NCBI GenBank assembly: GCA_963675785.1
Contig: OY776562.1
Location: forward strand, 2,336,001 to 2,400,000
Source of the DNA: Anaerolineae bacterium
GTDB lineage: Bacteria > Chloroflexota > Anaerolineae > UBA1429
Direction: 5' to 3'
DNA length: 64,000 nucleotides
The position numbers and the translations under genes are program-made. This document shows positions 45,301-55,152 of the stretch, in pieces. Positions within the stretch are counted from its first letter, which is position 1, and each line of letters begins with the position of its first letter. The notes under the pieces are model-generated. The model was not told the origin of the DNA, made no database searches, and was given only the letters and a program-made list of their open reading frames with translations.

Positions 45301-46388
45301 AACACCATGTTCTTGAGGGAGTACCAGACGGGTGTACGATCCGTCCACTGGTCGCTGGGGGGATAGTCGGTCTCGCCGGTCACCATCTTTTGGCTGGATT
45401 CCATATCATCCAGCCACTGCTCGTTCAGTTGGAGATCAAAAAAGCCGGGGCCGGTAAAGGCCTGAGGCTGGGCGACACGAAAGGTGAACAAGGCGACCAC
45501 CAGAATGACCACCAAGGTCAGCGCAGTAGGCAGTAAGCGAAAGAGGAAGCGATCCGTCTTGGATTCGGGGCATTCCAACGGCGTCTCGGCTTCGCAGGTC
45601 AGGCGGACGCGGCCCAGGCGCAACCGCCAACGGCCGATGTAATCGGGGCGAACGTGTTCGGCGTCCTGACAAGCCCGCACCGTACGCTGAATCAACGCCA
45701 AGCCAATGACGGCCAAAAAGGTGAGCACGCTGATCTTGCTGCTAACGGCCATACCAAAGGAAAAGCCCAGCAGCAATACACTGCCCCAGCCGGCCCCCTT
45801 GGCCACGCGCACCGCTGCCAACAGAGCCAGGGTGACAAAAAAGGTTGTGGAGGAATCCACCGTGAAAAAGTGGGCGTGCTGGATGCTGAGCACCGACATG
45901 GAAAAGAGCAGGGCGCTCAACAAGCCGGTGCGCCGATTATAGAGTGCCTTGCCGATGAGATAGACAATCAACACGCAGGCCAGATCCATTACGCCGGACA
46001 TGACCCGCCCCGCCAGATAGACGCCCGAATAGCCGGTATAGCCGGTGAGTTGACCCACTGCCTTGGACAACACCACCGGAAAGATGCCGTACACATACGA
46101 ACCAAAGCCCTTGTTGTAGGGACTCAAGGGGTTGATGGAGCTGTCCCAATAGTCGCTCAGTGAGTCGGGCCATTCCAGGCCGTTCTCTACCATGGTAAGA
46201 AAGCGCTCGTCGGGATGCAGATGGGTGCCATCGTCCCAATCGACGTTGTAAAAGCGGAATATCGCTCCCAGCACGAGGATGGCAAGCAGCAGGATCGTCG
46301 CGCCGCGTTTGGTGTCCGTCCAGGCCAGCAGACGCTGCCAGGTGCTCATTTCGTCGTCTTTTACAATGTGGGGTTCACTATTGGGCAT
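39342..46388 (-). CDS. Giant (~2,348 aa) three-module membrane glycosyltransferase: PMT/ArnT-like module plus two DUF2298 modules
   Basis: HPDER module (~aa 1-690); two copies of GGEKxM, YYY[FY]G, INEFPFFSFL..DLH.H, NTW, RMNTVFKF; ATG 46388 overlaps the upstream TGA. Confidence 0.85.
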   Translation of the reverse strand: MPNSEPHIVKDDEMSTWQRLLAWTDTKRGATILLLAILVLGAIFRFYNVDWDDGTHLHPDERFLTMVENGLEWPDSLSDYWDSSINPLSPYNKGFGSYVYGIFPVVLSKAVGQLTGYTGYSGVYLAGRVMSGVMDLACVLIVYLIGKALYNRRTGLLSALLFSMSVLSIQHAHFFTVDSSTTFFVTLALLAAVRVAKGAGWGSVLLLGFSFGMAVSSKISVLTFLAVIGLALIQRTVRACQDAEHVRPDYIGRWRLRLGRVRLTCEAETPLECPESKTDRFLFRLLPTALTLVVILVVALFTFRVAQPQAFTGPGFFDLQLNEQWLDDMESSQKMVTGETDYPPSDQWTDRTPVWYSLKNMVLWGLGVPLGLAVWASWGLMAYDMFFKKRWQHLLPWTWMTLTFFYQSVQFVKTVRYMLPIYPTMALVAGYGLMYLCSRAKEYSARRGGIKWPRVAAYGGAGVVVLGTLFYAISFMGIYSEPVTRLTASRWIYENIPEGTSITYELWDDALPLNIDGHNASIEYDIITMDLYWEDIEDKRESLYNWLDQADYIILSSNRLYGSIPRMESRYPMATAYYEALFDGDLGFELVAEFTSRPSLLGFEFVDDNADETFTVYDHPRVLIYRKTADYDPAAVQALFDDYDLERIARTRPVEITEAPTALLLSDKEWEEQQAGGTWSEMFDRDSLANSVPTLAWLLILFLLAVPAFVLGFPLFSGLRDRGYGFALTLGLVVVGWLSWLGASVKVLPFTQTVLWCLVAVLWALAVWCAWRNRAALSSWLREHWQLMLAQSVIFMGAFALFWLIRRANPDLWHSVTGGEKPMDLAYLNAIIKSTWFPAYDPWFAGGYINYYYFGFVLSAVMVKLSAVVPTTAYNLLIPTFFAMLVSGVVSLVYNLRPRAKKLLSGLGAGLVGAVLAAIIGNLGELELLWGGFKDLALSRGLVETTASGLSQAATGFWTWLTTDITLSFRPEWWYWNASRIMANGEINEFPFFSFLYGDLHAHVMAMPLVVLALGLAVNLIFVLRDGSQTDGKRRWLRLGLSVGLSALVVGALWCTNTWDYPTYLLITIAALAVGIYAAARHVDFKSIRTWVLLTMTLVALSIILYLPFHSAYGSAYSSFELWEGETSTLSELLTIWIVLYVPLLSGLLGACFRRRSRDACARRARLWGTQLGHGERRTHLYDLLVRCQSVAYGYLWILALVLLLVEVMALFSGSWALFLALPVLALGGWLALRQDSSDMMRFAGILAAVGAGLVIAVEYVVLDGDIGRMNTVFKFYLQAWILWAVVAALLLPDLLHAQVNWRSWGKVLWRVAFVLLLVAGLLYPVLGTWGKVNDKWDSEQEATLDGTAFMKRAMYNDGVMAESLNEDLAAIEWLQENVEGSPVVMEGVGQLYRWGSRVSIYTGLPTVIGWDWHQRQQRSVAGGTRIDWRLQDVSEFYNTEDISRALEILDEYDVAYVMVGQIERSSYTALGLSKFTEMEGQSLEIVFSQGNTVIYKVIGEKEVSEAVGLLDGIKGWLNQHWVGASVLADEDDGATAEEAALDPLGRETVDSRGWNSLAAVSDNVAIVSWWLVLWLLGLAAWPLIAPLFEALPGKGYGFARTAGLLLGSLLLWLGSSLEIIPNSAGWAWAVLGVMFIVGICAWRRQPALRVAWRENGQDILQDILRTELIFTAAFVVFVIIRMLNPDLWQPWYGGEKMMEIAFLNATSKSAYMPPYDPYLSGLTINYYYYGLFVVNFLQKLAGLTPEVAFNLAIPTFFALTISIAYSLGRWLTSRLSGERLDSRLALWGGVAAAACVALLANLSSFAQLLEQLAAAGGTTFASATDWQWSDIGAVWQGLRSVLAGSAQLGSFDYWSHGTRIIPYTINEFPFFSFLFADLHPHMIAIPFMLFIAALAWAVLAQEQETFFWRRALCWFVWAVVTLGALGPMNTWSLPAAVLLLTGALVLRGWRQARWHGLGIGLLIALALVLLAVLLYAPFYATFDAPESGLSLVPSASRSAPALWFVVWGTLLIPSISYLVWQLAHLSAGLRKATWGVVLAAIVGGVALGFWVHPVVGLCAVLVLLSGWGALTADSAALRMIALLLCIGWGMLLCVELVYLPDFLDGGDWFRMNTVFKFGIQSWILIGLAVGATLPLLWRASKKLGWGRWSWRVGLLLVLFIGFSYVPFSIPSRIVQRFPEVNGQVGPRPVGLDGLAYMDGGVYTWPDASNTIDLTYDYEAITWLWNNVEGAPVLLEAYVGYYREGGMRVSSYTGLAVIVGAHSGEQHDGATVLSRQNDVSTLYNTTDEALFFDLLSLYDVRYIYVGQLENAMYNAEGLEKFEQLAALGQLQRVYQNAETAIYEVPASM

Positions 46389-48304
46389 CAAGAATCTCCA
46401 TAAACGGCAAGAAAGGCGATATTGCCCTCATAATCCAAATGCTCGATGATGCGCAGATCACCGCAGCTCTCCAGCAGTTGAAGCGAAGCAATGTCATCGG
46501 GGTGCAGCAAATAAAGGGAGTCATCTTGGGCACAGGCTGCTGCATCCAACTGCCTCGTCTCGTCAAAGGTATCATACCCCATAGCATCAAGCTGGCAGGC
46601 CACGGCGTTGCCATCGTACCAGTAGGGCCAAATGATCACCGTTCCCTGGCCGCTGTGCTCGGCGATGGTAGTGGCCATATCCAACGAGATGGAATAGTTG
46701 TCATAGGGCACTGCCAGTGGATAACGGCTAAAGCAGACATCCCAGGTATCGACAGCCTCGTATCCGGCCAGCCCCGCCAGCACAGCCCCAACCGCGACCA
46801 AACGCCAGGTTCTGGCCAGCCCAGTATCTGCAACAGATAGCGCATTGGCTAGCAGCAGGTCCAACCCATAGGCAGCGATGAGCAGTGCCGGTGGGCAAGC
46901 TCCAATGGCCCGAATGGCGTTGGGCACCTCATTGGGAAAAGCCAGAGCCATCATCGAGGGCCCAGACAGGCCAAAACCGGCCACCAGTACCCAGGCATTT
47001 TGCCCCTTGCGGCAGTTATGTACAAGCAGCACCAAACCTAATAAAAAGAGCGCCGCCGTCAGAAAGCCCAATTGACGAAGATAAGGCAGATTGGCCACAT
47101 AGACGGTATCGCCGTGGACGTTGAACATGAGTAGGGCGTTCAACATGTTCTGGCCAAACACTGCCAATAGATTGCCAGACAGAGAACGTTCTGTAGAAGT
47201 AACCCGCGTAGCCGTGCGATAGAAATATTGGGCGGGGTCATCGGCGATGTAACTCAACAGCGGCGTCATCACCACCAACGCCGCGATGACGCACAACAAG
47301 AAACCTGCCCGGTGCTCGCGCAAGCGCACGCCGTTGCCCTTGATGGCCTCTACTGCCAACCAAACCAACAGAATGAGCGGGGCCACCATCCAGGCATTAT
47401 AGGTGTAAAACCCCAATCCCAGAGCCAGCCCACTGACGATGTACCAGCGGCGAGAATTCGTCCGCCAGGCGCGCAGCAAGGCCCCCCAACAGATCAGCCA
47501 CACCAGTGGCAGGGTAATGGCCCGCAAGCCACTGCGGCTCATGAGGATATGCCAATGACTCACGGCCAGCATCAAGGCAGCAATCAGGCCCGCACGCCGA
47601 TTCCACAACTCTCGCCCCACCCAATAGACCAAAGGGATGGTCAGCGTGCCCAGCAACGCCGAAGAGAACTTGATGGCGTAAAAGCTCTGCCCCAATATAG
47701 CCGCAATGGGCGCCGAGAGGTAGAAGAAAAGCCCTTCACGGCCAGGGTAGGAGGTGAAAAAGATGGGGTATTCACCAGAGAGGATTTGGGCAATGTTCTT
47801 GTAGACATGGGGCACATCGCAGCCCATCTCAGATGGCAGGGCGTTGAGAATATAAAAGCGATAGACCGCACCCAGGGCGGTAATCAGCAGCAGAGCAACA
47901 CCGTACCAGCGCGCACTGCGCGTGGTGAATAACCCACGGCTCACTTTGATACCGCGAAAGAGCGGCACAGCCAAACAAGCCAGGGCCAGCAGCCAGGGAA
48001 TGGTGCCCCGCAGAGTGAAACAATTTTCGCCCAAGAGTACAAAGGCCACACCAGCCAACACTATGGCCAGAATGCTCCAGAAAGTACCCTTGATGACGAT
48101 GCTGCTTGGAGAAAGCTCTGTTTCAGGCGGCGCTTGTAATCCGACAAGGGCTCCAGCAGCAGCCAGAACGTACATCAGGCCGCCCCACAGGTAACGTTCA
48201 GCATCCACAGAATTCTGGGCCAATACAACAAGCACGAGAACGCAGATGGCAACAAGCCATCGGTATCTCGTGCATGGCGAGCAGATTTGGCGAATGCGCC
48301 GCAT
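46388..48304 (-). CDS. ArnT/PMT-like (GT83/GT39) membrane glycosyltransferase
   Basis: YPIFF...GREGLFFY, LLGTLTIP..Y..GREL, AVSHWH..MSR.GLR, GLGFYTY. Confidence 0.8.
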   Translation of the reverse strand: MRRIRQICSPCTRYRWLVAICVLVLVVLAQNSVDAERYLWGGLMYVLAAAGALVGLQAPPETELSPSSIVIKGTFWSILAIVLAGVAFVLLGENCFTLRGTIPWLLALACLAVPLFRGIKVSRGLFTTRSARWYGVALLLITALGAVYRFYILNALPSEMGCDVPHVYKNIAQILSGEYPIFFTSYPGREGLFFYLSAPIAAILGQSFYAIKFSSALLGTLTIPLVYWVGRELWNRRAGLIAALMLAVSHWHILMSRSGLRAITLPLVWLICWGALLRAWRTNSRRWYIVSGLALGLGFYTYNAWMVAPLILLVWLAVEAIKGNGVRLREHRAGFLLCVIAALVVMTPLLSYIADDPAQYFYRTATRVTSTERSLSGNLLAVFGQNMLNALLMFNVHGDTVYVANLPYLRQLGFLTAALFLLGLVLLVHNCRKGQNAWVLVAGFGLSGPSMMALAFPNEVPNAIRAIGACPPALLIAAYGLDLLLANALSVADTGLARTWRLVAVGAVLAGLAGYEAVDTWDVCFSRYPLAVPYDNYSISLDMATTIAEHSGQGTVIIWPYWYDGNAVACQLDAMGYDTFDETRQLDAAACAQDDSLYLLHPDDIASLQLLESCGDLRIIEHLDYEGNIAFLAVYGDS

Positions 48305-48313
48305 GGGTGCCTC

Positions 48314-49219
48314 TTATTCCCCGATTCCATCCTCTGGTTTGCGCGCCAGTACACCGACGTTCACAAACGTCTTTTTGCGCGCCAGGCGCTGGGGATTCTC
48401 ATTGAAATGATCGAACCAGCGAAAAAGCCCCAGAACCCAGTTGATGGGATTATACCAGCTCCCCTTGTTATCCGTTCCCTGAAAACGGTGTGTCGATTTA
48501 GCCAAGAACCCCGGCAACAGGTTATGGTCGATCAACCCCTTGCCAAAGGTGTAGACGATGGTTTGTGTGGCGGGGAAACAATAGTGGGTGAGCATGTCCA
48601 TCTGCACCACCTCAAAGCCCGCCGCAACTATGCGCTCGACGATCTGCTCACGGGTATAGAGGCGCACATGATTGGCCCAGATGCCCGCAAAAGGCCCTTT
48701 ACGAATGGGTCGATGGAACAGTCCTTCGGCCACACGATTGATGGGATCATACCAGGCCGGATAGTTACTGCAAGGCACAGTGATGGCCAACATGCCGCCC
48801 GGCTTGAGCACGCGATACATCTCGGCCAAGCCGCGGTCATCGTCCGGCAGGTGCTCGATGATCTCGGAAGCGATGAGCCGATCGAAAGAGGCATCAGCAA
48901 AGGGCATACGCTGAATATCGCTGCGCGACAAGAGCAGGCGGGCCTGATCGACGTGCTGGCGGGCGAAATCGAGCACACGAGGCTCCATATCGCAACCCCA
49001 CACCAGGCAATCGGTATAGAGCGAATGCAGCACCATGGGGTAAAAGGCCATGCCCGTGCCGCAATCCAGAATGCGGTCCCCCGGCTGCACGTTCAGGTAG
49101 CGCAACATCGTCTTGACCCGCCGCCGATAGGCCACGTCGGACTCGTTGCGCAACAGCGCTTCCAGCGTCTCTCGTTGGGCTGGGGTCAGCTCCAGATCGG
49201 GGTTTACTGTACTGGCCAT
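48314..49219 (-). CDS. Class I SAM-dependent methyltransferase
   Basis: ILDCGTG, PFADASFD, SEIIEHL, RVLKPGG. Confidence 0.85.
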   Translation of the reverse strand: MASTVNPDLELTPAQRETLEALLRNESDVAYRRRVKTMLRYLNVQPGDRILDCGTGMAFYPMVLHSLYTDCLVWGCDMEPRVLDFARQHVDQARLLLSRSDIQRMPFADASFDRLIASEIIEHLPDDDRGLAEMYRVLKPGGMLAITVPCSNYPAWYDPINRVAEGLFHRPIRKGPFAGIWANHVRLYTREQIVERIVAAGFEVVQMDMLTHYCFPATQTIVYTFGKGLIDHNLLPGFLAKSTHRFQGTDNKGSWYNPINWVLGLFRWFDHFNENPQRLARKKTFVNVGVLARKPEDGIGE

Positions 49220-50355
49220 CAATTCACCAGCCGCTCGAATAACGTCTCGTAAGCATCGATAGTACGCTCCAGACTAAACACATTGCGGATGGTCTCGGGC
49301 GACTTGATATAGGCCTGACGGTTACGCAACACCTCGATGATCCCCTCGGCCAAAGCCCGTTCGTTCCGCGGCTCGACCAGTTTGCCCATGCCTGTCACTT
49401 GCAGCACCTCACGGGCACCGGGAATATCGGTGGTCACCAACGGCGTGCCACAGAGCAGCGACTCGATCTGTACACTGGGAAAGCAATCAGTGCGACTGGG
49501 CAGGGCGAACACATCGCACATGGCGTAAAAGTTGGCCAACTTTTGCTGATCGGTCAGCAAGCCCAGCATGGCAATGGCATCCTTGTGGGCCTCGAGCATG
49601 GGACAACAGGATTCATAAAAGCCCTCATAGACGACGTTGCATTCGCCCGCATAGGCGAAACGCACATCGGGGAAAGCCTCTTGCACAAAAGGGATAGCCT
49701 TGAGCAGATAATCAAAGCCCTTTTCCTCGACAAAGCGGCCGGCAAAGCCCACCAAGGGTTTGCCCTGCAGACCCAGCTCAGTGCGCCAGAAGGCAACAGC
49801 CTCGCTATCGGGATCGGGCAGCACCGCCGGAGGATAGATGGCCTCTAGTTTATCGAGATAGGGCCGCAAATAAGCCGAATGCTCGGCGTAATCCTGGCTG
49901 TGGGTGGTGATGACATCGGCAGCGGCAGCGCCGTCGTCCAGCATCCTGCCCACCGTCAGCTGTACGAACTGGTTAAATAGCCCACTGGGCATTACCAAGT
50001 CACCATGATGGGTCATGACCATCTTTTTGCCAGCGCGATGGGCGATCCGCCCTACCAGGGCTGTCTCCAACATGGGGGTATGTACTTGAACGATATCGTG
50101 CTCGGCCATGAGCTGTTTCACCATACGCGGAAAGATGGGCATCACCCGACCGCGACTGAGACGAAACCAACTGGGCACACGCACAATGCGCACGCCAGCG
50201 TGCTCGTCTTCCAGAGGCTGATCATCCGCAAACTGGGCGGTCACCACCGTCACCTGGTGGCCGCGAGAAACGAGGCCTTCGGCGATGCGTTTGGCATAGG
50301 CAGTGAGCCCGGTCCAGTGGGGATAATAATAGGTTAGGGCCATCAGGATCTTCAT
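49219..50355 (-). CDS. GT4 family glycosyltransferase
   Basis: MKILM..YYYPH..G, FAGRFVEEKG, DVFALPS..DCF..VQIES...GTP. Confidence 0.9.
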   Translation of the reverse strand: MKILMALTYYYPHWTGLTAYAKRIAEGLVSRGHQVTVVTAQFADDQPLEDEHAGVRIVRVPSWFRLSRGRVMPIFPRMVKQLMAEHDIVQVHTPMLETALVGRIAHRAGKKMVMTHHGDLVMPSGLFNQFVQLTVGRMLDDGAAAADVITTHSQDYAEHSAYLRPYLDKLEAIYPPAVLPDPDSEAVAFWRTELGLQGKPLVGFAGRFVEEKGFDYLLKAIPFVQEAFPDVRFAYAGECNVVYEGFYESCCPMLEAHKDAIAMLGLLTDQQKLANFYAMCDVFALPSRTDCFPSVQIESLLCGTPLVTTDIPGAREVLQVTGMGKLVEPRNERALAEGIIEVLRNRQAYIKSPETIRNVFSLERTIDAYETLFERLVN

Positions 50356-50376
50356 GAAATGCGATTCTCCGGAAAA

Positions 50377-51411
50377 TCAATCCGTGCTATCAACGCTGGC
50401 GCTGTCGCCGAGAATATCGCGCCGCACATCAGAGAAGGAGAGATCCTGGCTGCGCAAAGATAGCAAACCATAGACAATGAGGGTGAGATTGGTGAACATG
50501 TGCAGGCCAAAGGCATAAGCCGAAGCATCGGCATTGCCCACTGCAAAGACACCAGTGAGCACCAGCACCGCGGCCGCCTCAAAGGGGCCAATGGCGCCCG
50601 GCGAGGAAGGCACAACCATGGATAGCCCGGTAGCGCAGAGTACGGTCAGCGCCGCTACAAAGGGCAAGTCTGTCATGCCCAAGGCCAGAAATAGCACATA
50701 ATTGAGCAGTGCATAGCCCAACCAAACCACCAACGACCAAGCCAACGAGCGCAGTAAAATGCCGGCATCGGTTAGCACGCCAAAGCCCTCGACTAAACTG
50801 GTCACCAAGCGCTTGACGATAGGATGGCCAAGCACAGGAATGCGTGCCATCTTGGCCCAAAAGCGCTCGGTCGCGGCCTCACTCAGACGCGAGAGCACCG
50901 CCAAAATGACAATGCCCACCAAAGCAACGATACCGAGGAGAATGCCCCCCTGCACTAACCACTGGGGCAAATCGACAAAGGGAAGCAAGCCGAGAGCCAA
51001 AAAAACAACGACGAGCACGTCGAGGAGGCGTTCCACCACCAGTGAGGAGGCGCCTTGCCCCAGTCCCCCCTTGAGCTTACGCCCGGCCAAATAAGCCCGC
51101 ACCACTTCGCCCGCCTTGGCCGGCAGCACATTGTTGAACAGGTAGCCAATGTTGACGATGGCGAACACTTGCAGCACCGGAATCGTCTTTTCACCCATGA
51201 GCACACGCCAACGCATGGCCCGCGCCATATTAATGCCCACCAGCAATAACAAGCCTGGCAGCAAATAGTCATATTTGCCGTTGGCAAAGATGCGCCACAG
51301 TTCGGTGAAATCCACTTTGGCAAACACATACACCAGACAGGCAGCGCTGATGAGAATGCCGATAATCAATTGCAGATGGTTACGAAGCCAGTTCAAGACA
51401 GACTTGATCAT
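50377..51411 (-). CDS. UPF0104 / LPG-synthase-TM flippase-like membrane protein
   Basis: RAMRW, GYLFNNVLPAKAGEVVR, VVERLLD, PSSPGAIGPFE. Confidence 0.85.
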   Translation of the reverse strand: MIKSVLNWLRNHLQLIIGILISAACLVYVFAKVDFTELWRIFANGKYDYLLPGLLLLVGINMARAMRWRVLMGEKTIPVLQVFAIVNIGYLFNNVLPAKAGEVVRAYLAGRKLKGGLGQGASSLVVERLLDVLVVVFLALGLLPFVDLPQWLVQGGILLGIVALVGIVILAVLSRLSEAATERFWAKMARIPVLGHPIVKRLVTSLVEGFGVLTDAGILLRSLAWSLVVWLGYALLNYVLFLALGMTDLPFVAALTVLCATGLSMVVPSSPGAIGPFEAAAVLVLTGVFAVGNADASAYAFGLHMFTNLTLIVYGLLSLRSQDLSFSDVRRDILGDSASVDSTD

Positions 51412-51493
51412 GTATCAACTCGTCGCTTCTGCCCACCTGAACGGCAGGCTTATCCGGGCGATTATAGCATCGGCAGCACATCGGGCCAAGCCC

Positions 51494-53335
51494 TCAGTCA
51501 GCGCTCTCACCAGCCATGAGCAGATCGTACAGCGCGTCGGCAGTGAAATACCCGGTGTTGGCAAAAACCAAGGTCATGGGGTGATCATAAACATCATAGC
51601 TCTCGTCAGCACGCCCGATGACCAAGCCGTTCTGACGCTCTTGTTCAATCAGTTCAGGCAAAGCCAAGTCCGTGCCCGTAAAAGTATCGTTGATCAGGTC
51701 AAGGCCGAATAAGGATGGGTAGCTTGATGCAGTATAGACGAGTTCATAGCCCAACTGTTCCGCAAAAAGCTGCTGATAGTAATTCGTAGTCAGCGGATAG
51801 CGCTCGGGCAGACGCGTGATGGTGGCATATAGGCGCTGGCTGGACAAGATCACATAGTCGGCGGAGGCCAGCTTTTCGGCCAATTCGGCCATTTTTTCTT
51901 CCGAATCCACGCCATAGGAATCAAAGCTGATCCATTGCACCCATTTGGTTGTGTCCCAGCCATCCACTCGCGTGACGGGCAAATTGTCATCCCAGGTCTC
52001 GCAGATCACTATTGATCCACGGGGCGCATCCTCTGAGAACCACAGCGAGGTTTGCACCCAGGTATGGGGCTCGTCATAAATGCCCAGATAGGCACAAGTA
52101 TAGAGGCCGCTGCCACTCAAAACGAGAACCAGCAGTGCACCACCTGCCGTATGCCAATGACCACGTTGCTTTAGGCAACGCTCGATGAGCATGGCTGCCC
52201 AGATAGACCACACGGGAAAGATGGGTAGCATATAACGCAAAAATCGCGCCTGCATCCTGCCAATGATGGCGAAATAGATGAGCGTCCAAGCAAAGAGGAT
52301 GATCGTGCCAACCTCAAAGGTGTGTTCACGGCGCCAGTCGCGCAGAGCCGCAATCGCCTCTCCGATACCGCCAACAAGGGCTGCCAGCCCCAGGGCTATC
52401 CCTGTCGACCAGACTACCGCCTGCTGTAACTGATACCAATAGGCGGTGGTACCCAAGAACTGGCGCGTATAGGGCACATCGATCAAGCCGCTGGCCATGC
52501 CGGATTCAAAAGTGACGTCGATGATAAAGGCGCCAATATCGATCAGGGCATAGGGTTCGATGATGAGAAAGATGACTATGCCAACGAGGACGGTCATTGC
52601 TGACAAGGAAATAGCCTGCCAAAGCCGCAGCCAAAAGCGATTTCCGGTTCCTTCAATAGACGCCAGGAAAAAACCAAGAAAGATGCAAACGCCAATGGGA
52701 GCCGCCGAAAGCTTGGTGGCCATAGTCATGCCCAAAACAACGCCAATCAACGCAGCCCGCTTAGCGGAGGGAGCTTCTGACGCCCAGAGGATGAGATAAA
52801 AGAGGAGTACAAGAAAAGTGGTGAGCAATGTATCCACAGTATAGAAATGGGCCAGCTGTACGTGGAGCACCGTCAGTGCCGTCAGTGCCGCAGCAATGAG
52901 GCCCACATTGGCGCTCCTTAGCTTTTTACCCAACACGTACACCCAAAAGACAGTCAGTGTGTCCGCCAAAGCCGAGATGATCCGCCCTACGAGATAGGGC
53001 TCGACCTCATAGTTGAACCATGCGCCGATGGGCGTTATCACATCAATGGCAATACGTAGCAAATAAACGGGCAGCGAGCCGTAGGAGAAGAAATCAGGGT
53101 TCCAGGGACTGTCCGCGCTCAGAAGGAGCTGCAAGTCCAGTGGCCAGGGGAAAGAGAGGTCATCCACCACCATGAGCAATTGGCGCTCATCTGGGTGAAA
53201 CTGGAGGCCATTATCCCAGTTGACGCCGTAGAGACGCACACACAGGGCACACACCAAAATGGCAGCCAGGGCCCATTTTTGCCAGTAGGCCGCTGGCTGG
53301 TCCTTTGCGTAGGAACGTGTCGCTTTGTCAGTCAC
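51494..53335 (-). CDS. Lipid-carrier-dependent GT-C glycosyltransferase, paralog of module 1 of the giant protein
   Basis: NWD....HPDER, YGSLP, AHFYTVD, FLRYMLP, ETWDD.LP, DE..DVYDHP; GTGA overlap with lepA. Confidence 0.8.
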   Translation of the reverse strand: MTDKATRSYAKDQPAAYWQKWALAAILVCALCVRLYGVNWDNGLQFHPDERQLLMVVDDLSFPWPLDLQLLLSADSPWNPDFFSYGSLPVYLLRIAIDVITPIGAWFNYEVEPYLVGRIISALADTLTVFWVYVLGKKLRSANVGLIAAALTALTVLHVQLAHFYTVDTLLTTFLVLLFYLILWASEAPSAKRAALIGVVLGMTMATKLSAAPIGVCIFLGFFLASIEGTGNRFWLRLWQAISLSAMTVLVGIVIFLIIEPYALIDIGAFIIDVTFESGMASGLIDVPYTRQFLGTTAYWYQLQQAVVWSTGIALGLAALVGGIGEAIAALRDWRREHTFEVGTIILFAWTLIYFAIIGRMQARFLRYMLPIFPVWSIWAAMLIERCLKQRGHWHTAGGALLVLVLSGSGLYTCAYLGIYDEPHTWVQTSLWFSEDAPRGSIVICETWDDNLPVTRVDGWDTTKWVQWISFDSYGVDSEEKMAELAEKLASADYVILSSQRLYATITRLPERYPLTTNYYQQLFAEQLGYELVYTASSYPSLFGLDLINDTFTGTDLALPELIEQERQNGLVIGRADESYDVYDHPMTLVFANTGYFTADALYDLLMAGESAD

Positions 53336-55152
53336 GACTCGTCAAGAGAGAGAACGGCCATAAACGCCTCTTGCGGGATTTCGACCTTGCCGATGCGCTT
53401 GAGCCGACGCTTGCCGGCTTTTTGTTTCTCCAAAAGCTTGCGCTTGCGGGTAATGTCGCCACCATAGCACTTGGCCAGCACATCTTTGCGCGTGGCCGAT
53501 ACTGTAGAGCGAGCAATGATTCGCGAGCCAATAGCCGCCTGAATGGGCACGGCAAAAAGCTGCTGTGGTATAACTGCCTTGAGCCTCCGCACAAGCAAAC
53601 TCCCCTTGTTATAAGCCATCTCGCGGTGCACAATCATCGAGAGTGCATCCACTGGCTCACTGTTGACCAGCACATCCATCTTGACCAGATCGCTGGTGCG
53701 ATAGCCACCAAAGACATAATCCATGGAGGCGTATCCGCGTGATCGTGATTTGAGCTGATCATGAAAATCGATAATGATTTCGGACAAGGGGATATCAAAA
53801 GTCATTAGTACACGAAGTTCATCGAGAAACTCCATCTCGCCAAACTCGCCACGACGATTGGTAGCCAGCTCCATTAGCGGCCCAATATATTCCTTGGGCG
53901 AAAAGATAGAGAGCTTCATCCAGGGCTCACGGATTTCGTCAATCTCGCTGGCATCCGGCAGTTCAGCAGGGTTATCGATTTCGATCAATTCACCACTCGT
54001 GCGCAGCACCTGGTATTCTACACTCGGTGCAGTGGCCAACAGGTCAAGATCATATTCACGCTCCAGGCGCTCCTGCACAATCTCCATATGCAGTAACCCC
54101 AAAAAGCCGCAACGAAAACCAAGGTTCAGCGCCACCGATGATTCCGGCTGAAAGACTAGCGAGGCATCGTTGAGCTGCAACTTTTCGAGCGAGTCGCGCA
54201 GATCCTGATAGTCGTCGTTTTCAATGGGATAGAGACCGGCATAGACCATCGGCTTGGCCGGCTTGAAGCCAGGGAGCGGCTCATGGGCAGGATTTGCCGC
54301 CAAAGTGATGGTATCGCCAACGCGGCACTCTCGCACGTTCTTTAGGCCCGTGGCAATATATCCCACCTCGCCAGCGTGCAACGCATCCACCTTGCGCATA
54401 TCTGGCGAGAACACGCCCACCTCCATGGGTTCGATCTCAACTTGCGTCGACATGATCAAACCGAGGTCATCGGCCGTATACACACCGCTGATAACGCGCA
54501 CATAGGCTATCACGCCGCGATACGAATCATAGTGGGAATCAAAGACCAGTGCGCGCATGGGTTCGTCATCAACAAGCACGGGGGGCTTGATGCGCTGCAC
54601 AATGGCCTCCAGTACCGCCTCGACGCCCATCCCGGATTTTGCCGAAACCTGAAGTGCATCCTCGGCTGGAATGCCGAAAAGCTCTTCAATCTCTTCGGCA
54701 ACCTCGTCTGGCCGTGCAGAAGGCAGGTCGATTTTGTTGACCACCGGGATGATATCAAGATCGTGCTCCAGCGCCAGATAGAGGTTGGCCAGAGTCTGCG
54801 CCTCAACGCCCTGGGTTGCATCCACCACCAGAATCGCGCCTTCACAAGCCGAGAGAGCGTGCGAGACTTCATAGGAAAAATCGACATGCCCTGGCGTATC
54901 GATCAAGTTCAATTCGTATTGTTGGCCGTCGCTGGCATCATAAAACATACGGACTGCCTTGCTCTTGATCGTAATACCCTTTTCGCGCTCCAGGTCCATG
55001 CGGTCGAGAACCTGCTCTGACATGTCGCGTTCGGCAATGGTGCCCGTTAGCTGCAGCAGGCGGTCTGACAATGTAGATTTACCGTGATCGATGTGCGCAA
55101 TGATACAGAAATTGCGTATCCGTCCGGTCGTTCCAAATTCATTCGCGGTCAT
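53332..55152 (-). CDS. lepA: Elongation factor 4
   Basis: [54 protein letters not shown]. Confidence 0.97.
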   Translation of the reverse strand: MTANEFGTTGRIRNFCIIAHIDHGKSTLSDRLLQLTGTIAERDMSEQVLDRMDLEREKGITIKSKAVRMFYDASDGQQYELNLIDTPGHVDFSYEVSHALSACEGAILVVDATQGVEAQTLANLYLALEHDLDIIPVVNKIDLPSARPDEVAEEIEELFGIPAEDALQVSAKSGMGVEAVLEAIVQRIKPPVLVDDEPMRALVFDSHYDSYRGVIAYVRVISGVYTADDLGLIMSTQVEIEPMEVGVFSPDMRKVDALHAGEVGYIATGLKNVRECRVGDTITLAANPAHEPLPGFKPAKPMVYAGLYPIENDDYQDLRDSLEKLQLNDASLVFQPESSVALNLGFRCGFLGLLHMEIVQERLEREYDLDLLATAPSVEYQVLRTSGELIEIDNPAELPDASEIDEIREPWMKLSIFSPKEYIGPLMELATNRRGEFGEMEFLDELRVLMTFDIPLSEIIIDFHDQLKSRSRGYASMDYVFGGYRTSDLVKMDVLVNSEPVDALSMIVHREMAYNKGSLLVRRLKAVIPQQLFAVPIQAAIGSRIIARSTVSATRKDVLAKCYGGDITRKRKLLEKQKAGKRRLKRIGKVEIPQEAFMAVLSLDES

